A stretch of DNA of 64,000 bases, from positions 18,051-82,050 of the forward strand of contig ADNK01000977.1 in NCBI GenBank assembly GCA_000320545.1. Direction: 5' to 3'. Under the pieces are notes generated by a model. It searched no databases and was not told the origin of the DNA. It worked only from the letters and a program-made list of their open reading frames with translations. Of this stretch, positions 13,754 to 24,737 are shown piece by piece. Origin of the DNA: Bigelowiella natans CCMP2755 (lineage: Eukaryota; Protista; Cercozoa). The stretch's first letter is position 1, and every line of letters begins with the position of its first letter. The translations under genes and the position numbers were made by a program.

Positions 13754-14959
13754 GCAATGATGATAGATCATTTGCTGCTACTCCCGACATCCCGAACACT
13801 GAGAGCAAAAAAGGTGATAATGACACAGCAGCAGAAGACAGCGAGACTTTGGCCCAGGGAATGGGAGAGGCGCCGCTAGCATCAGATGGAGATGAAAACA
13901 AGGCCAACGGGGCTGGGGATAGCAGCTGGAGAGGGGGGTTTGGAGACGAGGTTGGCGACATCAACGCAAACGGTGATGATGATGATGGTGATGATGATAT
14001 CCTCGCAGAATCAAAAATTGTTGCAGAAGATACCGGTGCTGCACTCGTCTCGACTGCTGCTGCTGCTGGTACTGAGATTGCTGATGCGAGGGTGGAGAAT
14101 GGGGTTGGGGGGCATGAAGATACCAGTGGTATTTTCGCAGGAGAAGCAGCAGCAGAAGCAAAGGATGGCGATGACGTCGTAGGAGAGGATGATTTTGGAT
14201 TTGGAGATTATCATAGCGAGACCACGAATAACATCGAGACAAAGGACGTGACAGGAACAGCGACGAAAACTTCTGTCATCGAAGATAATGACAATGAGGC
14301 TCAAAATGATGGCTGGGGGGGATTTGGAGAGGACGAAGCTAGCGACAACAAATCCAACACTTTCCCTCCCACAGAGGAGGAAGCTACGACTACTACCACG
14401 CCTAAGACTAGCAACGAGGCCGTTGTTAACGAAGATAGTGAAGAAACGCCAACCGATATCGCGAAAACTGATGATGCCGTCACTGAGGATGGAGATGACT
14501 GGGGATTTGATGATGCTGGTGCTGACGATGCTGGTAGGAAGGACAACATCGGTGAGACCAAAGATACGACAGTAAATGCATCCGCTGCTACGACAACGGT
14601 AGATACAAACGGAAATGGGGACGATGACGACGACTGGGGAGGATTTGGAGAGGAGGACGATGTTGGCAAGACAGCAATCGGTGATACCAAGACGACAGGG
14701 GATAGTGCTTTGGAGAATAAACATCAAGGTGATGATGCTGGTGGCAACAATATCGGTGGAGGAGGGGGGAAAGATGACAGTTGGGCAAATTTCGGGCAGG
14801 AAGATACCACAACCGCAGCACCAGCACCAGCAGCAAATACACAGAAGCCATCCATCGATAAGGTCCCAAAGTCTCCCTAATAACACCTTTGGTCAATACT
14901 ATTAAAAATATATGTTTACTCTCTTCGTCTTGGTAGGCGTTTGTGCATTATTATTTATA

Positions 14960-15046
<87 letters not shown>

Positions 15047-15640
15047 ATGTAGCGTGCGCGCAAACATGTGTGATAATGAGTATTGTATGAAAACGCGTCT
15101 TATTCTTCTTCTGCCAGGCGGATGATGGCGTGCAAGATGAAGAGCAGGTTGATTGGAGCAACTTCGATGAACAGGACGGCGGCGCGGATCTTGCTTCAGA
15201 TGCGAAAGCAGCTGATAACGACGACAACGACGACCAAGATTGGGGTGGTTTTGACGACGATGAGCAGCAAGCTACTGCAAGCAGAGATACGAACAAAACA
15301 ACAATTGCCAATGAATCTGGAGCTTCTATATCCGTCATGAAAACGTGGAGGATGTCGGCCGAGGAACGAAGCGCAGTTTTTCGCAATGTCAGTACTTTTT
15401 AATGGCGCGCCCTTCTGTAATGTTCCTACGCATGCTCGCTGATTCCATTATAAGAATTATTCTCCCAAAATACTCACTGCCCTCTTTGTAGTACCTTCTC
15501 TGTGCCGGCGGGCTGCTGGAGGGTAAGGACAGGGGAAGGACGAGGGGGAGGGGGAAAAAGAGGATGGTCAAACAGGATATTACATTATCAAAGGCCGTCC
15601 AAGCTGCGGCAGCATCTTCAAAGTAGTGCGCTCTCTCTCC

Positions 15641-15723
<83 letters not shown>

Positions 15724-16732
15724 GTACGATGCTAGGGTTTCTTCTCACCTTCCCTCTAACCTGACAAACATCATCATCCCATCATTAATTCGTAGGCTCT
15801 CTGCACTAGTTTCAGCAGCACAGGATGATGATGAATCATCATCATCGTCGTCGTCATCAACGTTCAAATGGTTGCCCCCCCTGGAGAAATGGCACGATTC
15901 GAGCGCACAGCACGTGCTCCACCAAATCTTGAAAATCCCCATCTCTCTGCCACCGCAGTCTAGAAAGCTGATGTTTAAGGTGATATGATGCTTCCTCTTT
16001 GCCCTTTTGCCTAAATTTCTTCTTTTTCCGGAAATTGTGCCCAGCCGTTATTGCATCATTTCCTAGTTTTGTGCAGTGGAAAGTAACGTATTATTTCAAT
16101 CGCGCAGTACTGCGGGGCATCTTTCACAGAACTACCCCAGTTGAGAAGAGAGATACTGATGACGAAGAATATGAGGGTGCAACTGTTGTGGAACGATTGA
16201 CACACTGTTTGTTTTCGTGTCATCGTCTTTGTAGGTTACCGAGCAGAGGGTTCATTCTCCTCCGCCAGCAGCTGTCAGATCAGTATCCTCCAAGAGCGAT
16301 GCAAATGTTATCAACGTGCTCGGTATTGAGATGGGAAAGGACACGGGGTAAGTCGTCACATATGACAGAGCATCAACACCTCAATCTACCCACGTGCAGC
16401 CCTCATTTTCAGCGCCCTCATTCACTGATTTCAGACTGAAGTTGCATGCCTAATTGTTGTCATTTCGCATTTTGCTTATTGTGTTTTTAAGTCGGGAGGT
16501 ACCGACGACGCCCATTGCTGTGACCAGTTTCATGGGAGGGCTTCAAGCGGACGGTTCCTCGGATATGATGAACGGCGGCGCCGTCACTTTCGAATCCATT
16601 CGCAATGATATCCAGAATTTGATCCTTGGGTTGCCCAATCTTAGCTTCATGCTGTCGAAAAACACGGCAGATGCAGACCCAATGGTCGGTGATGGTTTTG
16701 TTTCGGACACAAAACAGCAGCCTGTGGTATGA
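11040..16732 (+). CDS. Large acidic disordered protein with repeated DDWGxF motifs; aftiphilin-like AP-1/clathrin accessory protein
   Basis: Two large exons (~11040-12180, ~12307-14861) and several small ones encode at least 11 acidic W-x-x-F motifs (DDWGSF x5, DDWDSF, DGWGGF, DDWGGF, DSWANF, VDWSNF, QDWGGF). 'EKWHDSSAQHVLHQILKI' and C-terminal 'IQNLILGLPNLSFML' resemble, from memory, the conserved W-x-x-S box and LPDLxFM tail of aftiphilin. Confidence 0.65.
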
Positions 16733-17887
16733 TCAAAGGAATAGCTACATCATGACGCAACTTGCTTTTCTTGAGAATAAGAGAATTGCAATCGTTTTTT
16801 TTTATGTGAAAAGTGTAAATATCTAGACATGCTGTGATTCAAATTCTACGATTAGAGTGTTCTAGCGGGTTCGTTCGATATCTAGGTATGTGCATGGTTG
16901 CTCGCTGTAACACTCTTGCGTCTAATCGAGCAGCAGAACTACAGAAGTCTGTGCTGTCTAGCTGTACATGCATGATACAATAAGCTTCATGTGCTGCGTA
17001 ATGAAGTCGAAAGAAAGTGAGCTGTTTCCACGCATCTGTGCGCTGTGATTACACTGTGCGAATTTAATGGGAATGTACACGCTGTCTCTGCGCTGCATGC
17101 GTATCCGCGCACGCACATCACGGTAGATGACATGCTCGATCTGGCGACGCGAACTGTTTTTTTGGACAAGTACGATGCCGATCCATGAGGGCGTACTGCT
17201 TCAAAATTTCTCCATACCATTCGATAACTCTAAAATCGTAAACACAGACCCATGATGAAGACGCCATTCATTTACACGTAGCCTCAACATGCGACCGCCT
17301 CACTCTTCGTCGCACTGCCCTCGCCACACAATGCTAGAATGCCTGTTCCCGTAGCTGCCTATACTTTGAGTATTCTGCTAACTAACAATGCTGTGCAAAC
17401 AATGGATGAGAAAAGAGTAACAAGTGTGAGGGACAGGTAGTGTGTTGGATGACGCTGCCTCTTGCTAGCTAGATGTGTCACCTTGAATCGATGTCAGGCA
17501 AATGAAGGTTTCCGTCCATAGCGGTCAATGTATCGATGTAGGACAATTTTTGCACGAAGTTACAACTGGTCCTAGCTCCACGCGTTAGCGACTAGATCCC
17601 ACCTACCCGACCCCTTCACCGTTGACTCGACGCCTCTACTTCGAGGAGAGAAAAGACGCCAGAAAGAAAGGAAAAGCATCCTGAGAGATCCTTTTTTTAG
17701 AGAAAAATGCAGATAAATCTCCGTCATTAGCTTGTTCGCGACAACAATATGGCCCCAACTTTCACCGAATCGGGGAAGATCCTAGGTCTAAGACTCAGGT
17801 GGTAAAATGCAGGGCATTTTGTTGTGATTTGGACATACATTCGAGTAACGTCCCCCTCCTCAATCGTTCGAGCTCGCGAAAGCGCAC

Positions 17888-19018
17888 ATGGGTTGCGGGA
17901 GCAGCGTCCGGACGGACCCAAGTGACTTGTTTAACCGGAATCTCACCTTGAAAATCGAGGAATACGTGCAGGAGCTCAATGAAAGGAAGAAGATAAAGAG
18001 GAGAGGCTCTATCCAAGCAATGTGCATGATGTTCCCCAGGGTTAAAAAGGTAAGATCGTTGAAGAATGAGGGGGGGTTATAGCTATCACGTATGAGCACC
18101 CTCACATACACGTACATACACAAATTTAAGCATGGTAATAGTCTGGTATATTGATGTTTGTGAAAACAAGGCCGAGGTACAGTATTATGGTGTGAGGAAG
18201 AGAGGGAGGGAATGTATGTGATTTTTTGCTATACAGAAATAATATACATGTATTTCCATATTATTTGAATTTTGCAATATTACGGTAGGGCTTCGAGAAG
18301 CTTCGTCAGGGATATCTGAAGCTCGAAGACGCAAAGCTGAAGGGGATAGAGTTTGAAGTGCTACATGGTGCAAAAATCTTCGATGGCTTCGAAAAAGATA
18401 AGCTTCTAGAGTACATTAACGAATCCGATGTAGATTCAAACAAGGTAGTACTGATAGTAATAATTACATCAAAATCAAATGCATATTCGTGACTTTACTT
18501 ATCATTTCCTTACTGATCCATAGGTGATAGATTTTCGGGAGTATATTTTGGCTTTATCCTTCATCTTCTTTCTGCATCAAAATATGAGATCGTCCTATGA
18601 TCCCCATCTCATTGCCACTTACGACATCGTTGCGAGGTCTGCGAAACAGATTAGGGAAATATGAAATGGTGTTGGGCTTAATCGTTCACTTGTTTTGAAC
18701 TCTCTCTTTCCTTCTGTGTCTGTATGGGCAGATCGTGGAATACCTTCGATGTTGACAAGAGAGGATGGATTCAAAAGAAAAAGGCCATGGGGATAATAAA
18801 CGGTAATTCCAAGAGTGGAGCGATGAAAGAAACCGTATTTACTGAAGAGCGATTCAATGAAATGGATTGGGATAGAAACGGAGAAGTCAGGTATATACTT
18901 GGACGATTCAATTATGATGTTGCTGAGCCTTTCTATAAATATCAGCTTCAAGGAATTTCTCTTAGCTTTCCTGGAGTGGTCGGGAGTGGAATTCAGGAAT
19001 GATATCGATGATGAATGA
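17888..19018 (+). CDS. EF-hand calcium sensor, CML21/CML22-like, with N-terminal MGC acylation signal; 5 exons
   Basis: Spliced product MGCGSS..SIQAMCMMFPRVKK|GFEKLRQGY..ESDVDSNK|VIDFREYILAL..|SWNTFDVDKRGWIQKK..FTEERFNEMDWDRNGEVS|FKEFLLAFLEWSG..*. It has three recognisable EF-hand loops, and the 'RFxEMDWDxNGxVxFKEFLxAFxxWxG' end is typical of the plant CML21/22 subfamily. Stop at 19016-19018. Confidence 0.85.
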
Positions 19019-19833
19019 TGATTTGACATCGCGATTCGCTTCCACCCAAGTTATAGATGGAAGATTTTCATGTTTTTCCAGACGTAGACACATTTCAATG
19101 CCCTAGGTACTTGTGAAACGCAGCGTCTTTTATGGCGGACACGTAAGTGTTTTCGCTTATTTAGTGACGTGCTGGCGAAAAAACAAATATACAGGATCAG
19201 CGATGTAGCCTCGATGCTGGATAGCTATATTAGAGCAAAAATGGGAGCAATTTGAATGTCAACACAGGCCGACCCGCCCCATTCTTTTGTACATGCGCCT
19301 GCTAGACAATTTTGCTGCGCATGGATGCACTTTTATGTGTAGCTACTGCGATATAGCCTTAGCTTATAAGCTTGCTTGTTGTGGATCCGCTTGCAGCACA
19401 ATTTTTAGCCGCATAGCATTGAAGCAGCACCAATGCAACAAGCAACAACAATACATACTTACGCTCGCCATTTGTGGAGTTGGCAATCCTGGGAAATTCA
19501 TGCGATGTCCCGAGGACAATGCACGCAATGCAAGCAGAAGCCACATGCGACACATGTGGCACGCTGCAGGATCGACGTACACGGATCATCTCCTGCAATA
19601 TGCAGGAAGTACGAACATCAAAGGCTCAAACTGAACAAACAACTGACGGCCATCATGGACCGCAACGACGAATCGAAACGAAACGCCTCACAAATGCAGA
19701 AGAAAGAGCTCTCACTGCTGCGCGCTACAAAGCACGACATATGGTCGACCAAATTGCAATGCTTTCACATACATGCACCATGTGACACTAGGAAACAAGC
19801 AGACACAACTTAAGCGCTGTAGCCGCTGCTCTG

Positions 19834-19891
19834 CATAGCTACATTAGGATAACCATTGAAAAAAATTAAACATTTCATTACATCCGTCTCA
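19834..19891 (+). repeat. Dispersed ~58-nt intergenic repeat, copy 1
   Basis: catagctacattaggataaccattgaaaaaaattaaacatttcattacatccgtctca aligns without gaps to 24262-24319 with 8 mismatches in 58 nt (manual count). Confidence 0.85.
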
Positions 19892-20190
19892 TAGTTACGC
19901 TCGCTTGTTTGTATATGGAGGGCACTACCTTCTAACTCACAATGAGTAGCATGGCGTACAAGTCAGAAAAGACTTCACAATAACATGTGGAAGCTAAGCT
20001 ACTGTATGAGTCGTATTTACAGGATATCGATGAAATAATATTACACGCGTAGCTGCAAATATGCAATTCGTTATCATCGAATGTCAGTTATTCTTTTTTC
20101 TTTTCATTATTATGAGACATTTCAAATACTGGGATTTTACAATTATATTCATGGCCAAATTGTCGCCTTTCCAGGTACAGCTCACATATG

Positions 20191-20836
20191 TCAGGGATGC
20201 TTATGGCCCGAGGCACCTAATTGCACGTCCTGCAACATAAGGGCAAAAATGGGTTAGTGAGAAAACTAAAAGGGAGAATGAGAACGAGAACGAGACATCC
20301 GTAACAATATATTTTGTTTTTACAGGGTGTGTGATTAAAAACTGCACCTGTAGAATTTTCTTAATGTCCAATTGTAACGCCTCCTTATCGATTAGATTTT
20401 CGAGAAATGCTGCAGCACCGGCGATGCTATCCTTCTGGTCTTTCCCCATTGTCCCAGCCGCAGCGTAGTCAGGGGGGGGAGGATGAAAGTCGGCCGGTCC
20501 AAAGGGATTCCATCCTGGAGGAGGAGGGGGAGGTATAGGAAGGACTCCTGGTCCATGGGAACCAGGGGAGTGAGGCATGCTATGCAATGGCTTCATGTTA
20601 TCAGAACTAGCTTTGTCCCCCCTCCTTTCTCGAGGCTGCAAGTGCTGTTTTAGCGAAGCTTCCTTTATATTCCCCCCGATCGAGGCAGCAGGGCGGGAGG
20701 GGCATTCGTGATCAAGACCTTGACACACTTGTTCCTCTATGTTGGAAGAAGTAGTATCCATGTCCCGCAGCGCAGAGGACCCTCCGAGCACAAGCATCAT
20801 TGCGAAGATGCACTTCCAAATTCTGACTAGATTCAT
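20191..20836 (-). CDS. Hypothetical secreted proline-rich protein (~175 aa, 2 exons)
   Basis: ATG at 20834-20836 (the ORF-track start at 20842 is TTG). Signal-peptide-like 'MNLVRIWKCIFAMMLVLGGSSA', a Cys pair, poly-Pro 'PIPPPPPPGWNPFGP'. A GT..AG intron at ~20347-20231 joins KKILQ to DVQLGASGHKHP*. No family recognised. Confidence 0.55.
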
Positions 20837-21412
20837 TTTCAAATTTCCCGTCCTCCCGTATAGTATATAGTGATGTGAACCAGTACTTGAATTACTGCTT
20901 CTTCGAAGTCTGACAAGGGGGGGAGCTTGATCTGCTCACTGCTACCACCATGCAGTATTTAAAAATGATCCAATTGATCGACCTACAATTTTTTGAATGA
21001 GTCTGCCTTACGACAAAATCGCACTGCTTTTATCCCCGACGACAATCAATATGCTCCTGCCGCGTGAAAACAAATGGATTCATTTGCGGGTAGATCTACC
21101 TAGTTTTGTTGGCGAGATGGTCCCCCAACATCGCAGCATGTTCCAGAGACTCACAAGAGATTGCAGTGGAAAGTGAAGACGCACAAAATGCATGTCATTT
21201 TGCAGAAATTTGTCCGACGAGACGTCCGCAGACGCTGCGGCTGGTTTTGGAAGAATCTCTCGCAATTCGTGACGTAGTAGCAGAAACGTCACATTTTAAT
21301 TGTGCGACAATAAATTGATGCGTTAATGTCGTGGAATTACATCCATTTTTACAATGTGTGACATTGTTTGCAAGCGGGAGCACTGCGAATCGACGGGTCC
21401 CTCTGACAAATT

Positions 21413-22239
21413 ATGAGCAGCGATCGCAAAGCCGAACGTAAGCAGGTATTTATCCTCAAAGAAGGCAGCCCAGGTAAGAGCGATGGTTTCATTATTTGGA
21501 TCTGGATTGTTGAAAAGCAATAGTTCATGAAATCAATAGATCTGAAGGAAATCGACTGGGAGCTATTTGATGCGAAGTTGCCCTGCGATCGGGTAATGCA
21601 TATGCAATTTCGCACAATGTTCTTTCCCAATCCAAATGAGTTTTGTTTATCCCACAAATGCTTTTTCGCTCTATAAATCAAAGTCGGAGGCTTCTCAGAA
21701 GACGAGGGCTAAGCTCTTTGCGGTTTTCGACCCTAACGGCAACGGATTGATATCGTAAGTGTCAACGACGCCATGCATGCTGACAACTCAACCTATAATA
21801 GAAGAAGCGGTTTTCATTCGGCGAGGAAATATCACGATCTCACAAGTGTTATTGCCCTTGCACCCGTGCAGACTCGCAGAAATTGAAAAGGGCCTGATGG
21901 AAGTTCTTGGCTACGGAGTTGATGTAAAGCGAGTCGTTGCAAAGTCAGTTGCTAGGGCTCATCGAGGGGCAAAGGCCGCAATCCACAGAGGTAAGACAAG
22001 TTTGCATGTGTGAAAGGTACATTGTAACGCATAGCTGCCCTTATGTCGTCTCCTCCTTGCTTCTTTGTGGTTCAGATAACTCTAAAGCAGCAGATGACTA
22101 TGTTGAGAAGCGCGAGTTTCGAGTTTTCATTGAATTCTTCCGTTTCGATCTGCACCTTCTGGTAATATGCAGAGTTACCTTCGGAATTGAAAGAGATAGT
22201 AGATATATGTTCGTATACAGCCCCTCCCCCCCTCCCCTC

Positions 22240-22294
<55 letters not shown>

Positions 22295-22898
22295 GCTTTC
22301 TCTATCTCTGTTGTCTTTACAAACATTCTGGTACGTATGTTCGTAGAAGCTGTTCCTGGATCTAGACACGTCCGATGACCTTCGTCTCAGCAAGGAAGAG
22401 TTCATCGAAGCAGTGCCCGTAATCCAAAAAAAACTGAAGCTAAAAGCGGTCCTTATACACGTTGAGCTGTGTATGCATAGCGTGAAACAGTGGCAGCAGT
22501 AGCAGCAGTAGCAGTTGACAGTCTCGTTAGCGGCGGTGCTGGTGCGCGCACGCATGTGTGCGTGTGTGTGTGTGTATGTGTGTAAAACTTGAGTGTCTTC
22601 GTTCCCTCCCCCCTTTCCTCCTTTCTTTCCCCCTCCCTCGGTTACACCATACTCAGTTGGAGAACCCTGAGGAGGCTTGGAATGAGATGGACGCAGACCA
22701 TGCAGGGATGGCACTGTATGAAGAGTTCGCAAATTGGATGATGGATAAGAAAGTACTTGCATGTACATATACTAGTGTGATGAAGGTTCTATATTTATGT
22801 GAAAAAGGAAAAGATTGATTGGCAGAATAATATTTACTTCTACACTAATGGTTTTTTAGGCATGGGATCCTTCAACACAGCTCCAAATGGTAAATTAG
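21413..22898 (+). CDS. Flagellar calcium-binding protein (calflagin/FCaBP)-like EF-hand protein, multi-exon
   Basis: Spliced peptide 'IDWELFDAKLPCDR|SEASQKTRAKLFAVFDPNGNGLIS|LAEIEKGLMEVLG..VARAHRGAK..DDYVEKREFRVFIEF..LFLDLDTSDDLRLSKEEFIEAVP..ENPEEAWNEMDADHAGMALYEEFANW' follows the FCaBP/calflagin pattern. The ATG at 21413 has an in-frame stop upstream. The 3' end is either the stop at 22896-22898 or continues by splicing to 23132. Confidence 0.8.
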
Positions 22899-23131
22899 AG
22901 CAACCACGAAGTCCCACTTTTATTGCATATTCGACATTATTATGGCATCTCCTGAACTCGGTTTAGTCTTAAAGTTGAGACCATCTTGAATGGCTATAAC
23001 TTGCTGCTGCTGCTGCTGCCCCCATGATTAGCTCTTTTCGTTACTATGAAGATTGTACGTGCAGTCATCTGTTCGGCGGTGCCGTACTACCTTTTAAGAC
23101 TCTCTAATGAAGGTCTACATAATGTTGCCAG

Positions 23132-23811
23132 ATTCAGAGAAATGTGAAAAACACATATGGTGCTCGGGTTCCACGGCTAAGTTTAGGCAAGGTCAATGCG
23201 CTAACGCCATCGCATGCGTCCTCCAAGTCTGCTCGATCGCCCATTGTGAGCAAGAGCGCCCGTCGGAATTCTAATACGCCTTCTAGTGCTGGTGCGCTCA
23301 GCAAGCAGCGGGCCGTCAGATTGCCCCCTACCATGTATAGTGCGCAACATCATCGTCGAGGATCCTCTTCATCCCGGAATGCCCTCCCTCCTTCAAAGAT
23401 AGAGACTCTATTGAAGCAGGTCAGTAAGTTCCGATGGCCGTTTTCAGGCCAACTTGCACTCTCCATTCCTATCAGAAATGACTGGAATGTTGGGAGAGGA
23501 ACTCTGTGGTTCGAAAATGAAATCTCTCTGAAAATAAAATCTTCCTTTCCATTTATGTATGGTCAGATGGAAGAAAGGCTAGTTAAGCGAATGGACGAGC
23601 GCATTAGCGCCGCAGTCGGGTATGGTGGATAAATACAGAAAACAGCATAGAATAACGGAGACATGTGAATGGGACAGAGTGAATCCTTATCGATGTAAAA
23701 GAGTGCTAGCAAGTACGCACAAAACCTTTGCCATTTTTTTTCAGGAAGATTATGGAGCGGCTGGATAGCATCGCCCAGCAACAGCGCAATCCGAACGATG
23801 ATGGTCAATAA
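23132..23811 (+). CDS. Coding exons (basic Ser/Arg-rich segment plus short coiled coil); probably a C-terminal extension of the FCaBP-like gene
   Basis: The open frame begins right after a CAG acceptor (23129-23131) with no upstream ATG. GT..AG-bounded exons give IQRNVKNTYGARVPRLSLG..KIETLLKQ|MEERLVKRMDERISAAVG|KIMERLDSIAQQQRNPNDDGQ* (stop 23809-23811). A phase-0 donor ATG|GTAAAT at ~22890 is compatible. Confidence 0.5.
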
Positions 23812-24261
23812 ATTTAAAGGCATACTCCAAGACCTACACTTCCATGCGCAGTTATACAGTTACGTGGCGAGCTTCTTCGACGGAGTACAAATCTTCGTCC
23901 CCGCGCCTTTGGTTAGAACTGAAATTTTCCGTGGTTTGTTGGGTTTCCTGTCGTATTGCCTCAATATATATAAAGTGTTCTTGGCAGCCTTCCTTGTCAT
24001 AGTAGACACAGTCCATATCAAGATATTCTAATATGTACATAGCTATGTGCTGATCCATGTACAATGTCTACCATCTAGACCATGGTGTGCACGTTGCATC
24101 CATGGTTCTTGCTCTTAGCCACCCTCGCTCTATGACCGATCACATCATGTGCGCGCTGATGCCTATTGTCACAAGATTTGCTACCAGCTGCTGTGCTAGA
24201 TTATAAGATGGATGCTGGGTGCAAAATATAAAAATATTCATGCAATGTGCAATGCCATGTA

Positions 24262-24319
24262 CATGGCTACATTAGGATGACCATTTAAAAGATTTAGTCA
24301 CTTCATTACATCCGTCTCA
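24262..24319 (+). repeat. Dispersed ~58-nt intergenic repeat, copy 2
   Basis: catggctacattaggatgaccatttaaaagatttagtcacttcattacatccgtctca; same orientation as copy 1. Confidence 0.85.
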
Positions 24320-24737
24320 CAAGTCTAGATCTCTGTTCTCACCTGGATGGACAGAGGCTGCGTGCACCAGCATTTGGATTGAAGACGGCATGCGTGCATC
24401 TAGACATGTTCCATGTGTACACACAACGTCATGGTAAGCCTCTGCACCGTACCAATGCTACTGCACGTAACAAATAATTATATAAACAATTTCGGAACAC
24501 ACACATTCTTGTGACATCACGAGTTTTATTAAGAGACATCGATATCATCATATTGATAAATGCATCTCATATCTCATACACGTGACTTTGGCATTGGACA
24601 TTGATCTTATGCCCTTATTTTGGGGGAAGTTTCCCATCAAAATATCAGATAAATAACATTTCTCTAAGCGCCTGGCTAATGATCTTGCGGCTACCTATTT
24701 TGTCTTGATTTTTCCGTGGTTCGTAGACCGTGTTAAT

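Noticed and set aside
12522-14896. Long antisense ORFs (e.g. 14011-14886, 291 aa) opposite the acidic protein
   Set aside because: Shadow ORFs caused by the biased codon content of the D/E/G-rich sense exon; no recognisable motifs.
19287-19813. Five overlapping ORFs on both strands in a convergent spacer
   Set aside because: The peptides are C/M/H/A-rich as expected from TGCA/CATG-rich DNA, with no homology or splice logic; treated as non-coding.
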